IMG/VR virus record: IMGVR_UViG_2541047698_000005
Length of the DNA: 9,773 nt
Strand: one strand, 5' to 3'
DNA from: a virus
Taxonomy: Duplodnaviria > Heunggongvirae > Uroviricota > Caudoviricetes
Position numbers and translations under genes: made by a program. Shown piece by piece: positions 1 to 9,773 of this stretch (within the stretch, counting starts at the first letter, position 1; each line of letters begins with the position of its first letter). The notes beneath the pieces were generated by a model. That model ran no database searches, had not been told where the DNA came from, and saw nothing but the letters and a program-made list of their open reading frames with translations.

Positions 1-113
1 GGATGATGTCGCTGTTGCTGACAGTGGTAATACGTTGACGGGGCAATATGCAGTTCGCTGCATAGCGGTCCGACCCCGTACTGCTCACGCAGCTTATCCA
101 GCAGTGGCATCAT
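1..113 (-). CDS. IS3-family transposase OrfB (DDE catalytic subunit), N-terminal fragment truncated by the window edge
   Basis: Hand translation of the minus strand in the -1 frame relative to orfA gives [37 protein letters not shown]..., which I recognise as a typical IS3-family OrfB N-terminus. It overlaps the orfA stop at the A6 slippery site. Confidence 0.7.
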   Translation of the reverse strand, partial: MMPLLDKLREQYGVGPLCSELHIAPSTYYHCQQQRHH

Positions 114-436
114 TTTTTCCAGAGGCGGTCGAACTCCGCCTTCGCAAAATAAGCGGAAGCCTGGCGAAGGATATCGTTACTGCGGCGCAGTTCACGATTT
201 TCACGTTCCAGCTCTTTCAGACGCTGACGTTCAGCGGTGGTGAGCCCTCCATCACCGCCCCCGGTATCCCGCTCATGCTGGCGAACCCAGACACGCAGAG
301 TCTCCGGCGTACAGCCAATCTTTGGAGCAATGGAACAAATTGTCGCCCATTGTGAGTCATATTCGCTCTGACTTTCCAGAACCATACGGACTGCCCGTTG
401 ACGGACTTCGGGGGAAAAACGAGTATTTTTAGTCAT
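110..436 (-). CDS. IS3-family transposase OrfA (HTH DNA-binding subunit), 108 aa
   Basis: The ORF track protein [22 protein letters not shown]...[36 protein letters not shown] has a helix-turn-helix followed by a leucine-zipper-like segment, typical of IS3-family OrfA. It ends at an A6 slippery run (plus-strand T-run 113..118) where the -1 frameshift into orfB occurs in this family. Confidence 0.88.
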   Translation of the reverse strand: MTKNTRFSPEVRQRAVRMVLESQSEYDSQWATICSIAPKIGCTPETLRVWVRQHERDTGGGDGGLTTAERQRLKELERENRELRRSNDILRQASAYFAKAEFDRLWKK

Positions 437-490
437 CCTGTTTACCTCTTTCTCAGGAAGTTTAGTCTCCAGGATTCCCGGGGCGGTTCA

Positions 491-682
491 GGACTTCAGC
501 ATCGCAACAGCTTAAGTGCGCAGCTCAACATGAAATGTCATGAGTTTGACCAGAAGAAAGACATGGCGAGCTTCTGCGGACAAGGGCTGGCAGCATGGCG
601 CTATACGAAGCCAGTGTTGGTCGCTGAGATTAACTCCCTGGCTAACCAGCTGCAGATTACGATCCCCGGGCTTCCGGGATGA
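491..682 (+). pseudogene. 3' portion of an uncharacterised gene immediately abutting the IS terminus (likely IS-disrupted); alternatively an intact 50-aa ORF starting at ATG 531
   Basis: The frame is open from the IS boundary at 490 to the stop at 680..682 (…GLQHRNSLSAQLNMKCHEFDQKKDMASFCGQGLAAWRYTKPVLVAEINSLANQLQITIPGLPG). Its stop overlaps the start of the next ORF in an ATGA motif. The 5' part of ORF-track entry 398..682 lies inside the IS and is not part of the gene. Confidence 0.4.
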
Positions 683-936
683 GTGATCGTGTTATTGAAT
701 GCGCCTCCAGAGCGGGGCGCGACTTCTCAGAGTTCATGAAAGGCGAGAAGGGCATGATGGAAGCATTGGCCTCGGTGGATGAGTTTGGCGAGCAGCTGCG
801 CCTCAACGGCTGTGTCAATCATCACTTTGTTAGCTACATGATGCGGAACTCGATCATGCAGGCATTCATGGACATGGCAAAAGCCGAGAGGAAAGAAGAG
901 CGCCGGCGTAAGCGAGCGGAAGCAAAAGCGAAGTAG
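679..936 (+). CDS. Hypothetical protein, 85 aa, with a strongly basic Lys/Arg/Glu-rich C-terminal tail
   Basis: ORF MSDRVIECASRAGRDFSEFMKGEKGMMEALASVDEFGEQLRLNGCVNHHFVSYMMRNSIMQAFMDMAKAERKEERRRKRAEAKAK. The start overlaps the stop of the upstream frame (ATGA at 679..682), suggesting translational coupling. An alternative internal start is the ATGATG at M26/M27, preceded by a GAGAAGGG Shine-Dalgarno-like motif. No family recognised. Confidence 0.5.
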   Translation: MSDRVIECASRAGRDFSEFMKGEKGMMEALASVDEFGEQLRLNGCVNHHFVSYMMRNSIMQAFMDMAKAERKEERRRKRAEAKAK

Positions 937-1222
937 CCATTACAAAGCCTATCTACGGGTGGGCTTGATAATGGCTTATACCCTACACGGGATAACTTAA
1001 CTGATATCCCTTTTAAAGGATAAAGGTATTCAAGCCTGACACATCATGCGCTGTATCGTCGCCGTGTTCCCGTATTAACAGAGACCGTAGCCCGACGGGG
1101 AACTCCTTCTGCGCGAGTGTGCGGGAATAATCAAAAACGATGCACACCGGGGTTACCGGGTACACATATTTCATCATGCCAGCGAGTCCGGTTCTGGCAC
1201 GGAAGAAACCGGACGTTATGAT

Positions 1223-1633
1223 TTAGTGCGGAAATATTTGTGTAGTGTTCTGAATGTTCTCAGTAAAGAGTAATGAATTATCAAAGGTATAGTAATACCT
1301 TTTGTTTTCGTGGATATTTGTAATCCATCTGAAAACCCCTGCTGTAGCAAGATTTTTCCTGTATTCGTAAAATGATAACTCTCCTGATTTGAATCCTTTT
1401 AAGGTGGCTTCTATAAGGCATTTATTTTTTGAAAATCTTACATTTACAACCTTACCCTGTCCTTTTATTAAAACCGTATTATCGTTTTCAAGAACAAGAT
1501 GAATATTCTCTGTGGCTAAATAGTAAATGTAATGTGAGACATTGTGACGTTTTAGTTCAGAATAAAACCAGTGATAGTTTAAATTATTTCGCACTTTATC
1601 GAATATTTGTTTAAAAATGGCAACCTGAGCCAT
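1223..1633 (-). CDS. Prophage accessory protein, YbcV/YdfO-like (DUF1398-type, assignment from memory), 136 aa; strongly AT-rich gene
   Basis: Long minus-strand ORF in a visibly AT-rich block that contrasts with the GC-rich head genes. The preferred start is the second Met (ATG at 1633..1631 on the minus strand), which is preceded by GGAAGGT at 6-nt spacing; the first Met (1648) has no Shine-Dalgarno motif. The size (136 aa) and the position next to a ylcI-like gene near cos match the ybcV/ydfO arrangement I recall from E. coli K-12 DLP12 and Qin prophages. Confidence 0.7.
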   Translation of the reverse strand: MAQVAIFKQIFDKVRNNLNYHWFYSELKRHNVSHYIYYLATENIHLVLENDNTVLIKGQGKVVNVRFSKNKCLIEATLKGFKSGELSFYEYRKNLATAGVFRWITNIHENKRYYYTFDNSLLFTENIQNTTQIFPH

Positions 1634-1690
1634 TGTAGTACCTTCCATGTGATATGAGGGGGCGTAGTCTGCACGATTATCTAGATTGCT

Positions 1691-1924
1691 TCAATCTGGT
1701 CTAACCTGTTTTCTGAGCAATTCAGTAATGTCACTCTTTTCTTTGTTTGCTTCAGGCGAAACTCTTTTTTCTGAGCACAGTCTCCGGCGGCAGGCTTCAA
1801 TGACCCAGGCTGAGAAATTCCCGGACCCTTTTTGAACAAGAGCGATGTTAATTTGTTCAATCATTTGGTTAGGAAAGCGGATGTTGCGGGTTGTTGTTCT
1901 GCGGGTTCTGTTCTTCGTTGACAT
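1691..1924 (-). CDS. YlcI/YnfO-family small protein (DUF3950-like) with a predicted ribbon-helix-helix DNA-binding fold, 77 aa
   Basis: ORF MSTKNRTRRTTTRNIRFPNQMIEQINIALVQKGSGNFSAWVIEACRRRL... The pattern of a basic N-terminal arm, a short beta-strand (RNIRF), helix (NQMIEQINIAL), Gly-rich turn (GSGNFS) and second helix (AWVIEACRRRL) fits a CopG/Arc-type RHH. It sits immediately upstream of cos/Nu1, as ylcI does upstream of nohD in DLP12 (from memory). It is co-directional with the DUF1398-like gene, 43 bp away. Confidence 0.7.
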   Translation of the reverse strand: MSTKNRTRRTTTRNIRFPNQMIEQINIALVQKGSGNFSAWVIEACRRRLCSEKRVSPEANKEKSDITELLRKQVRPD

Positions 1925-2059
1925 GAGGTTGCCCTGTATTCAGTGTCGCTGATTTGTATTGTCTGAAGTTGTTTTTACGTTAAGTTGATGCAGATCAATT
2001 AATACGATACCTGCGTCATAATTGATTATTTGACGTGGTTTGATGGCGTAGATGCACGT

Positions 2060-2300
2060 TGTGACATGTAGATGATAATTATTATCATTTTTCGGGTCCT
2101 TTCCGGCGATCCGACAGGTTACGGGGCGGCGACCTCGCGGGTTTTCGCTATTTATGAAAATTTTCCGGTTTAAGGCGTTTCCGTTCTTCTTCGTCGTAAC
2201 TTAATGTTTTTATTTAAAATACCCCCTGAAAAGAAAGGAAACGACAGGTGCTGAAAACGAACTTTTGGGCCTCTGTCGTTTCCTTTCTCTGTTTTGGGCC
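2060..2300. other. cos: Lambda-type cohesive end site (cos) with cosQ, cosN and cosB contiguous (joined ends)
   Basis: The sequence ...TCCGACAGGTTACG|GGGCGGCGACCTCGCGGGTTTTCGCTATTTATGAAAATTTTCCGG... matches the joined right and left ends of phage lambda as I recall them. The 12-nt cohesive-end sequence GGGCGGCGACCT is at 2124..2135. The cosQ region is the AT-rich GATGATAATTATTATCATTT segment around 2071..2090. Confidence 0.9.
2170..2290 (+). promoter_or_regulatory. cosB: cosB: terminase small-subunit binding elements R3, R2, R1 with an intervening AT-rich IHF site (I1)
   Basis: There are three copies of the CGTTTCC core: GGCGTTTCCGTTC (about 2173..2186, R3), GGAAACGACAGG (about 2237..2248, R2, inverted) and CTGTCGTTTCCTTTC (about 2273..2287, R1). 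R3 and R2 are separated by the AT-rich run TAACTTAATGTTTTTATTTAAAAT. This matches lambda cosB architecture. Confidence 0.8.
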
Positions 2301-2312
2301 GTGGAATGAACA

Positions 2313-2832
2313 ATGGAAGTCAACAAAAAGCAGCTGGCTGACATTTTCGGTGCGAGTATCCGTACCATTCAGAACTGGCAGGAACAGGGAATGCCCGTTC
2401 TGCGAGGCGGTGGCAAGGGTAATGAGGTGCTTTATGACTCTGCCGCCGTTATAAAATGGTATGCCGAAAGGGATGCTGAAATTGAGAACGAAAAGCTGCG
2501 CCGGGAGGTTGAAGAACTGCTGCAGGCCAGCGAGACAGATCTCCAGCCAGGGACTATTGAGTACGAACGCCATCGACTTACGCGTGCGCAGGCCGATGCA
2601 CAGGAGCTGAAAAATGCCAGAGACTCCGCTGAAGTGGTGGAAACCGCATTCTGTACTTTCGTGCTGTCGCGTATCGCAGGTGAAATTGCCAGTATTCTCG
2701 ACGGGATCCCCCTGTCGGTGCAGCGGCGTTTTCCGGAACTGGAAAACCGACATGTTGATTTCCTGAAACGGGATATCATCAAAGCCATGAACAAAGCAGC
2801 CGCGCTGGATGAACTGATACCGGGGTTGCTGA

Positions 2833-2858
<26 letters not shown>
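2313..2858 (+). CDS. nu1: Terminase small subunit gpNu1 (winged-HTH cosB-binding protein), 181 aa
   Basis: The ORF MEVNKKQLADIFGASIRTIQNWQEQGMPVLRGGGKGNEVLYDSAAVIKWYAE... is essentially the lambda Nu1 sequence as I recall it. It lies directly downstream of cosB and overlaps the start of A. Confidence 0.95.
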
Positions 2859-6539
<3,681 letters not shown>

Positions 6540-6559
<20 letters not shown>

Positions 6560-7859
6560 TCTCCCGCATATTACCAGTATGGCCTTTAATGAGCCGCTGT
6601 TGCTTGAACCCGCCTATGCGCGGGTTTTCTTTTGTGCGCTTGCAGGCCAGCTTGGGATCAGCCGCCTGACGGATGCGGTATCCGGCGACAGCCTGACTGC
6701 CGGAGAGGCACCCGCGGCGCTGGCGTTATCCGTTGATGATGACGGACCACGGCAGGCCCGCAGTTATCAGGTCATGAACGGCATCGCCGTGCTGCCGGTG
6801 TCCGGCACGCTGGTCAGTCGGACGCGAGCGCTGCAGCCGTATTCGGGGATGACCGGTTACAACGGCATTATCGCCCGTCTGCAACAGGCTGCCAGCGACC
6901 CGATGGTGGACGGCATTCTGCTCGATATGGATACGCCAGGCGGGATGGTGGCAGGGGCATTTGACTGCGCTGACATCATCGCCCGTGTGCGTGACATAAA
7001 GCCGGTATGGGCGCTGGCCAATGACATGAACTGCAGCGCAGGTCAGCTGCTTGCCAGTGCCGCCTCCCGGCGTCTGGTCACGCAGACCGCCCGGACAGGC
7101 TCCATCGGCGTCATGATGGCTCACAGTAATTACGGTGCTGCGCTGGAGAAACAGGGCGTGGAAATCACGCTGATTTACAGCGGCAGCCATAAGGTGGATG
7201 GCAACCCCTACAGCCATCTACCGGATGATGTCCGGGAAACACTGCAGTCCCGGATGGATGCAACCCGCCGGATGTTTGCACAGAAGGTGTCGGCATATAC
7301 CGGCCTGTCCGTGCAGGCTGTGCTGGATACCGAGGCTGCAGTGTACAGCGGTCAGGAGGCCATTGATGCCGGACTGGCTGATGAACTTGTTAACAGTACC
7401 GATGCGATCACCATCATGCGTGATGCACTGGATGCACGTAAATCCCGTCTCTCAGGAGGGCGAATGACCAAAGAGACTCAATCAACAACTGTTTCAGCCA
7501 CTGCTTCGCAGGCTGACGTTACTGGCGTGGTGCAAGCGACGGAGGGCGAGAACGCCAGCGCTGCGCAGCCGGACGTGAACGCGCAGATCACCGCAGCTGT
7601 TGCGGCAGAAAACAGTCGCATTATGGGGATCCTCAACTGTGAGGAGGCTCACGGACGCGAAGAACAGGCACGCGTGCTGGCCGAAACCCCCGGTATGACC
7701 GTGGAAACGGCCCGCCGCATTCTGGCAGTTGCACCACAGAGTGCACAGGCGCGCAGTGACACTGCGCTGGATCGTCTGATGCAGGGGGCACCGGCACCGC
7801 TGGCTGCAGGTAACCCGGCATCTGATGCCGTTAACGATTTGCTGAACACACCAGTGTAA
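6540..7859 (+). CDS. C: Prohead protease/scaffold gpC (S49/ClpP-like serine peptidase), 439 aa, GTG start inside the 3' end of B
   Basis: The ORF track gives a 484-aa frame from 6405, but the N-terminus MTAELRNLPHITSMAFNEPLLLEPAYARVFF begins at the GTG at 6540..6542, giving 439 aa, the lambda C length. The peptidase region contains GIAVLPVSGTL...DTPGGMV. Confidence 0.9.
7254..7859 (+). CDS. nu3: Scaffolding protein gpNu3, in-frame internal start within C, 201 aa
   Basis: An ATG at 7254..7256 is in frame with C, 714 nt after the C start, exactly as for lambda Nu3 nested in C. It reads MDATRRMFAQKV... Confidence 0.8.
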   Translation: MDATRRMFAQKVSAYTGLSVQAVLDTEAAVYSGQEAIDAGLADELVNSTDAITIMRDALDARKSRLSGGRMTKETQSTTVSATASQADVTGVVQATEGENASAAQPDVNAQITAAVAAENSRIMGILNCEEAHGREEQARVLAETPGMTVETARRILAVAPQSAQARSDTALDRLMQGAPAPLAAGNPASDAVNDLLNTPV

Positions 7860-7868
7860 GGGATGTTT

Positions 7869-8201
7869 ATGACGAGCAAAGAAACCTTTACCCATTACCA
7901 GCCGCTGGGCAACAGTGACCCGGCACATACGGCAACCGCGCCCGGCGGATTGAGTGCGAAAGCGCCTGCAATGACCCCGCTGATGCTGGATACCTCCACC
8001 CGTAAGCTGGTTGCGTGGGATGGCACCACCGACGGTGCTGCCGTTGGCATTCTGGCGGTTGATGCTGACCAGACCAGCACCACGCTGACGTTCTACAAGT
8101 CCGGCACGTTCCGTTATGAGGATGTGCTCTGGCCGGAGGCTGCCAGCGACGAGACGAAGAAACGGACCGCGTTTGCCGGAACGGCAATCAGCATCGTTTA
8201 A
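7869..8201 (+). CDS. D: Head decoration protein gpD, 110 aa
   Basis: [43 protein letters not shown]...[11 protein letters not shown] matches lambda D. The ORF track starts two codons earlier (7863), but the lambda-type start is the ATG at 7869. Confidence 0.93.
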   Translation: MTSKETFTHYQPLGNSDPAHTATAPGGLSAKAPAMTPLMLDTSTRKLVAWDGTTDGAAVGILAVDADQTSTTLTFYKSGTFRYEDVLWPEAASDETKKRTAFAGTAISIV

Positions 8202-8221
8202 CCTTACCCTTCATCACTAAA

Positions 8222-8244
8222 GGCCGCCTGTGCGGCTTTTTTTA
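8222..8244 (+). terminator. Terminator-like GC hairpin plus T-tract in the D-E intergenic region (probable attenuator or RNA-stability element inside the late operon)
   Basis: GGCCGC-CTGT-GCGGC at 8222..8236 (5-6 bp GC stem, 4-nt loop) is followed immediately by TTTTTTT at 8237..8243. Confidence 0.5.
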
Positions 8245-8255
8245 CGGGATTTTTT

Positions 8256-9281
8256 ATGTCGATGTACACAACCGCCCAGCTGCTGGCGGCAAATGAGAAG
8301 AAATTTAAGTTTGATCCGCTGTTTCTGCGTCTCTTTTTCCGTGAGAGCTATCCCTTCACCACGGAGAAAGTCTATCTCTCACAAATTCCGGGACTGGTAA
8401 ACATGGCGCTGTACGTTTCGCCGATTGTTTCCGGTGAGGTTATCCGCTCCCGTGGCGGCTCCACCTCTGAATTTACACCGGGATATGTCAAGCCGAAGCA
8501 TGAGGTGAATCCGCAGATGACCCTGCGTCGCCTGCCGGATGAAGATCCGCAGAATCTGGCGGACCCGGCTTACCGCCGCCGTCGCATCATCATGCAGAAC
8601 ATGCGAGACGAAGAGCTGGCCATTGCTCAGGTCGAAGAGATGCAGGCCGTTTCTGCCGTGCTTAAGGGCAAATACACCATGACCGGTGAAGCCTTCGATC
8701 CGGTTGAAGTGGATATGGGCCGCAGTGCGGCGAACAACATCACACAGTCCGGTGGTACGGAGTGGAGCAAGCGTGACAAGTCCACGTATGACCCGACCGA
8801 CGATATCGAAGCCTATGCGCTGAACGCCAGCGGCGTGGTGAATATCATCGTGTTTGATCCGAAAGGCAGGGCGCTGTTCCGTTCCTTCAAAGCCGTCAAG
8901 GAGAAGCTGGATACCCGTCGCGGCTCTAATTCCGAGCTGGAGACAGCGGTAAAAGACCTGGGCGAAGCGGTGTCCTATAAGGGGATGTATGGCGATACGG
9001 CGATCGTCGTGTATTCCGGACAGTACGTGGAAAACGACGTCAAAAAGAACTTCCTTCCGGACAACACGATGGTGCTGGGGAACACTCAGGCACGCGGTCT
9101 GCGCACCTATGGCTGCATTCAGGATGCGGACGCACAGCGCGAAGGTATTAACGCTTCTGCCCGCTACCCGAAAAACTGGGTGACCACCGGCGATCCGGCG
9201 CGTGAGTTCACCATGATTCAGTCAGCACCGCTGATGCTGCTGGCTGACCCTGATGCGTTCGTGTCCGTACAACTGGCGTAA
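8256..9281 (+). CDS. E: Major capsid protein gpE, 341 aa
   Basis: A 341-aa ORF, MSMYTTAQLLAANEKKFKFDPLFLRLFFRESYPFTTEKVYLSQIPGLVNMALYVSPIVSGEV..., with lambda E size and sequence (from memory). Confidence 0.95.
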   Translation: MSMYTTAQLLAANEKKFKFDPLFLRLFFRESYPFTTEKVYLSQIPGLVNMALYVSPIVSGEVIRSRGGSTSEFTPGYVKPKHEVNPQMTLRRLPDEDPQNLADPAYRRRRIIMQNMRDEELAIAQVEEMQAVSAVLKGKYTMTGEAFDPVEVDMGRSAANNITQSGGTEWSKRDKSTYDPTDDIEAYALNASGVVNIIVFDPKGRALFRSFKAVKEKLDTRRGSNSELETAVKDLGEAVSYKGMYGDTAIVVYSGQYVENDVKKNFLPDNTMVLGNTQARGLRTYGCIQDADAQREGINASARYPKNWVTTGDPAREFTMIQSAPLMLLADPDAFVSVQLA

Positions 9282-9283
9282 TC

Positions 9284-9310
9284 ATGGCCCTTCGGGGCCA
9301 TTTTCTCTTT
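9284..9310 (+). terminator. Terminator-like hairpin with TTCG tetraloop and T-rich tail directly after the E stop codon
   Basis: ATGGCCC-TTCG-GGGCCAT at 9284..9301 (7-bp stem, UUCG-type loop) is followed by TTTCTCTTT. It lies between the E stop (9279..9281) and the FI Shine-Dalgarno motif GGAGGAG. Confidence 0.5.
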
Positions 9311-9322
9311 GTGGAGGAGTCC

Positions 9323-9718
9323 ATGACGAAAGATGAACTGATTGCCCGTCTTCAGGTGCTGGGTGAGCAACTGAACCGTGATGTCAGCCTGACGGGGACG
9401 AAAGAAGAACTGGTGCTCCGTGTGGCAGAGCTGGAAGAGGAGCTTGATGACACGGATGACGCTGCCGGTCAGGACACATCTGTCAGCCCGGAAAATGCGC
9501 TGACCGGACATGAAAATGAGGTTGTATCAGCGCAGCCGGATACCGTGACTGATACGGCTGATCTGGTCACGGTTGTGGCACTGGTGACGCTGCATACTGA
9601 TGCACTTCACGCCACGCGGGATGAGGCTGTGGCATTTGTGCTGCCGGGAACGGCGTTCCGTGTCTCTGCCGGTGTGGCAGCTGAAATGACAGAACGTGGC
9701 CTGGCCAGAATGCAATAA
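9323..9718 (+). CDS. FI: DNA-packaging / head assembly protein gpFI, 131 aa
   Basis: MTKDELIARLQVLGEQLNRDVSLTGTKEELVLRVAELEEELDDTDDAAGQD... matches lambda FI. The start is the ATG at 9323, preceded by GGAGGAG; the ORF-track frame extends 13 codons further upstream without a Shine-Dalgarno motif. Confidence 0.9.
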   Translation: MTKDELIARLQVLGEQLNRDVSLTGTKEELVLRVAELEEELDDTDDAAGQDTSVSPENALTGHENEVVSAQPDTVTDTADLVTVVALVTLHTDALHATRDEAVAFVLPGTAFRVSAGVAAEMTERGLARMQ

Positions 9719-9729
9719 CGGGAGGCGCT

Positions 9730-9773
9730 GTGGCTGATTTCGATAACCTGTTCGATGCTGCCATTGCCCGCGC
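9730..9773 (+). CDS. FII: Head-tail connector protein gpFII, N-terminal fragment truncated by the window end
   Basis: A GTG at 9730 is followed by ADFDNLFDAAIAR, matching the lambda FII N-terminus (MADFDNLFDAAIARA), and is preceded by GGGAGG. Confidence 0.75.
   Translation, partial: MADFDNLFDAAIAR

Larger units (their letters stand above)
1..490 (-). mobile_element. Partial IS3-family insertion sequence (IS629/IS1203-like); terminus at 490, element continues beyond the window start
   Basis: The reverse complement of 431..490 reads TGAACCGCCCCGGGAATCCTGGAGACTAAACTTCCTGAGAAAGAGGTAAACAGG-ATG, i.e. a terminal inverted repeat beginning with TG as in IS3-family elements, directly followed by orfA. 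OrfA and the N-terminus of OrfB are both present on the minus strand. Assignment to IS629 specifically is from memory of the OrfA sequence. Confidence 0.85.

Noticed and set aside
35-355. 106-aa plus-strand ORF
   Set aside because: It is antisense to IS3-family orfA and the orfB N-terminus, which have clear protein signatures. It is a shadow ORF.
398-682. 94-aa plus-strand ORF from the ORF track
   Set aside because: Its first 31 codons lie inside the IS terminal region, antisense to the transposase leader, and cross the IS boundary at 490. Only the part from 491 onward can belong to a host or phage gene.
940-1222. Possible tRNA or other structured RNA gene in the ORF-free gap
   Set aside because: I could not fold a cloverleaf with the conserved T-loop (GTTC) and acceptor features by eye. 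The gap is better explained by the 54-aa minus-strand ORF plus a hairpin.
1429-1614. 61-aa plus-strand ORF in the AT-rich block
   Set aside because: It is antisense to the DUF1398-like gene, and an AT-rich antisense frame will give stop-free stretches by chance. There is no Shine-Dalgarno motif.
2214-2753. 179-aa minus-strand ORF overlapping cosB and Nu1
   Set aside because: It is antisense to the well-supported Nu1 gene and the cosB elements and is of low complexity; it is a shadow ORF. The same applies to 2248..2454 (+) and 2432..2794 (-).
6726-8187. Antisense and off-frame ORFs within C/Nu3 and D (6726..7217, 7198..7467, 7494..7928, 7633..7821, 7649..7879, 7888..8187, 7895..8083)
   Set aside because: They overlap well-supported head genes in other frames or on the other strand and have no ribosome-binding context.
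8989-9764. ORFs 8989..9183 (+), 9218..9511 (-), 9527..9715 (-), 9567..9764 (-)
   Set aside because: They are embedded in or antisense to E, FI and FII, so they are shadow ORFs.

Overview
This window is a segment of a lambdoid prophage, almost certainly from an E. coli/Shigella-type host, running from the end-of-genome accessory region across the cos site into the head genes. From left to right it holds: (1) the edge of an IS629-like IS3-family insertion sequence (1..490, transposase on the minus strand, cut off by the window); (2) a small 'moron' region of uncharacterised genes (491..1924), including an AT-rich two-gene minus-strand cassette encoding a YlcI/YnfO-like ribbon-helix-helix protein and a YbcV/YdfO-like (DUF1398-type) protein; (3) an intact, joined cos site (cosQ-cosN-cosB, 12-nt cohesive end GGGCGGCGACCT at 2124..2135); and (4) a lambda-type DNA-packaging and head module, Nu1, A, W, B, C/Nu3, D, E, FI and the start of FII, all on the plus strand with the tight overlaps seen in lambda. 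The head module is textbook lambda biology. The candidates for undescribed function are the cos-proximal accessory genes: the RHH + DUF1398-like cassette and the IS-adjacent overlapping ORF pair. All family assignments rest on reading the translations and on recalled knowledge of lambda and E. coli K-12 cryptic prophages; no database search was run.
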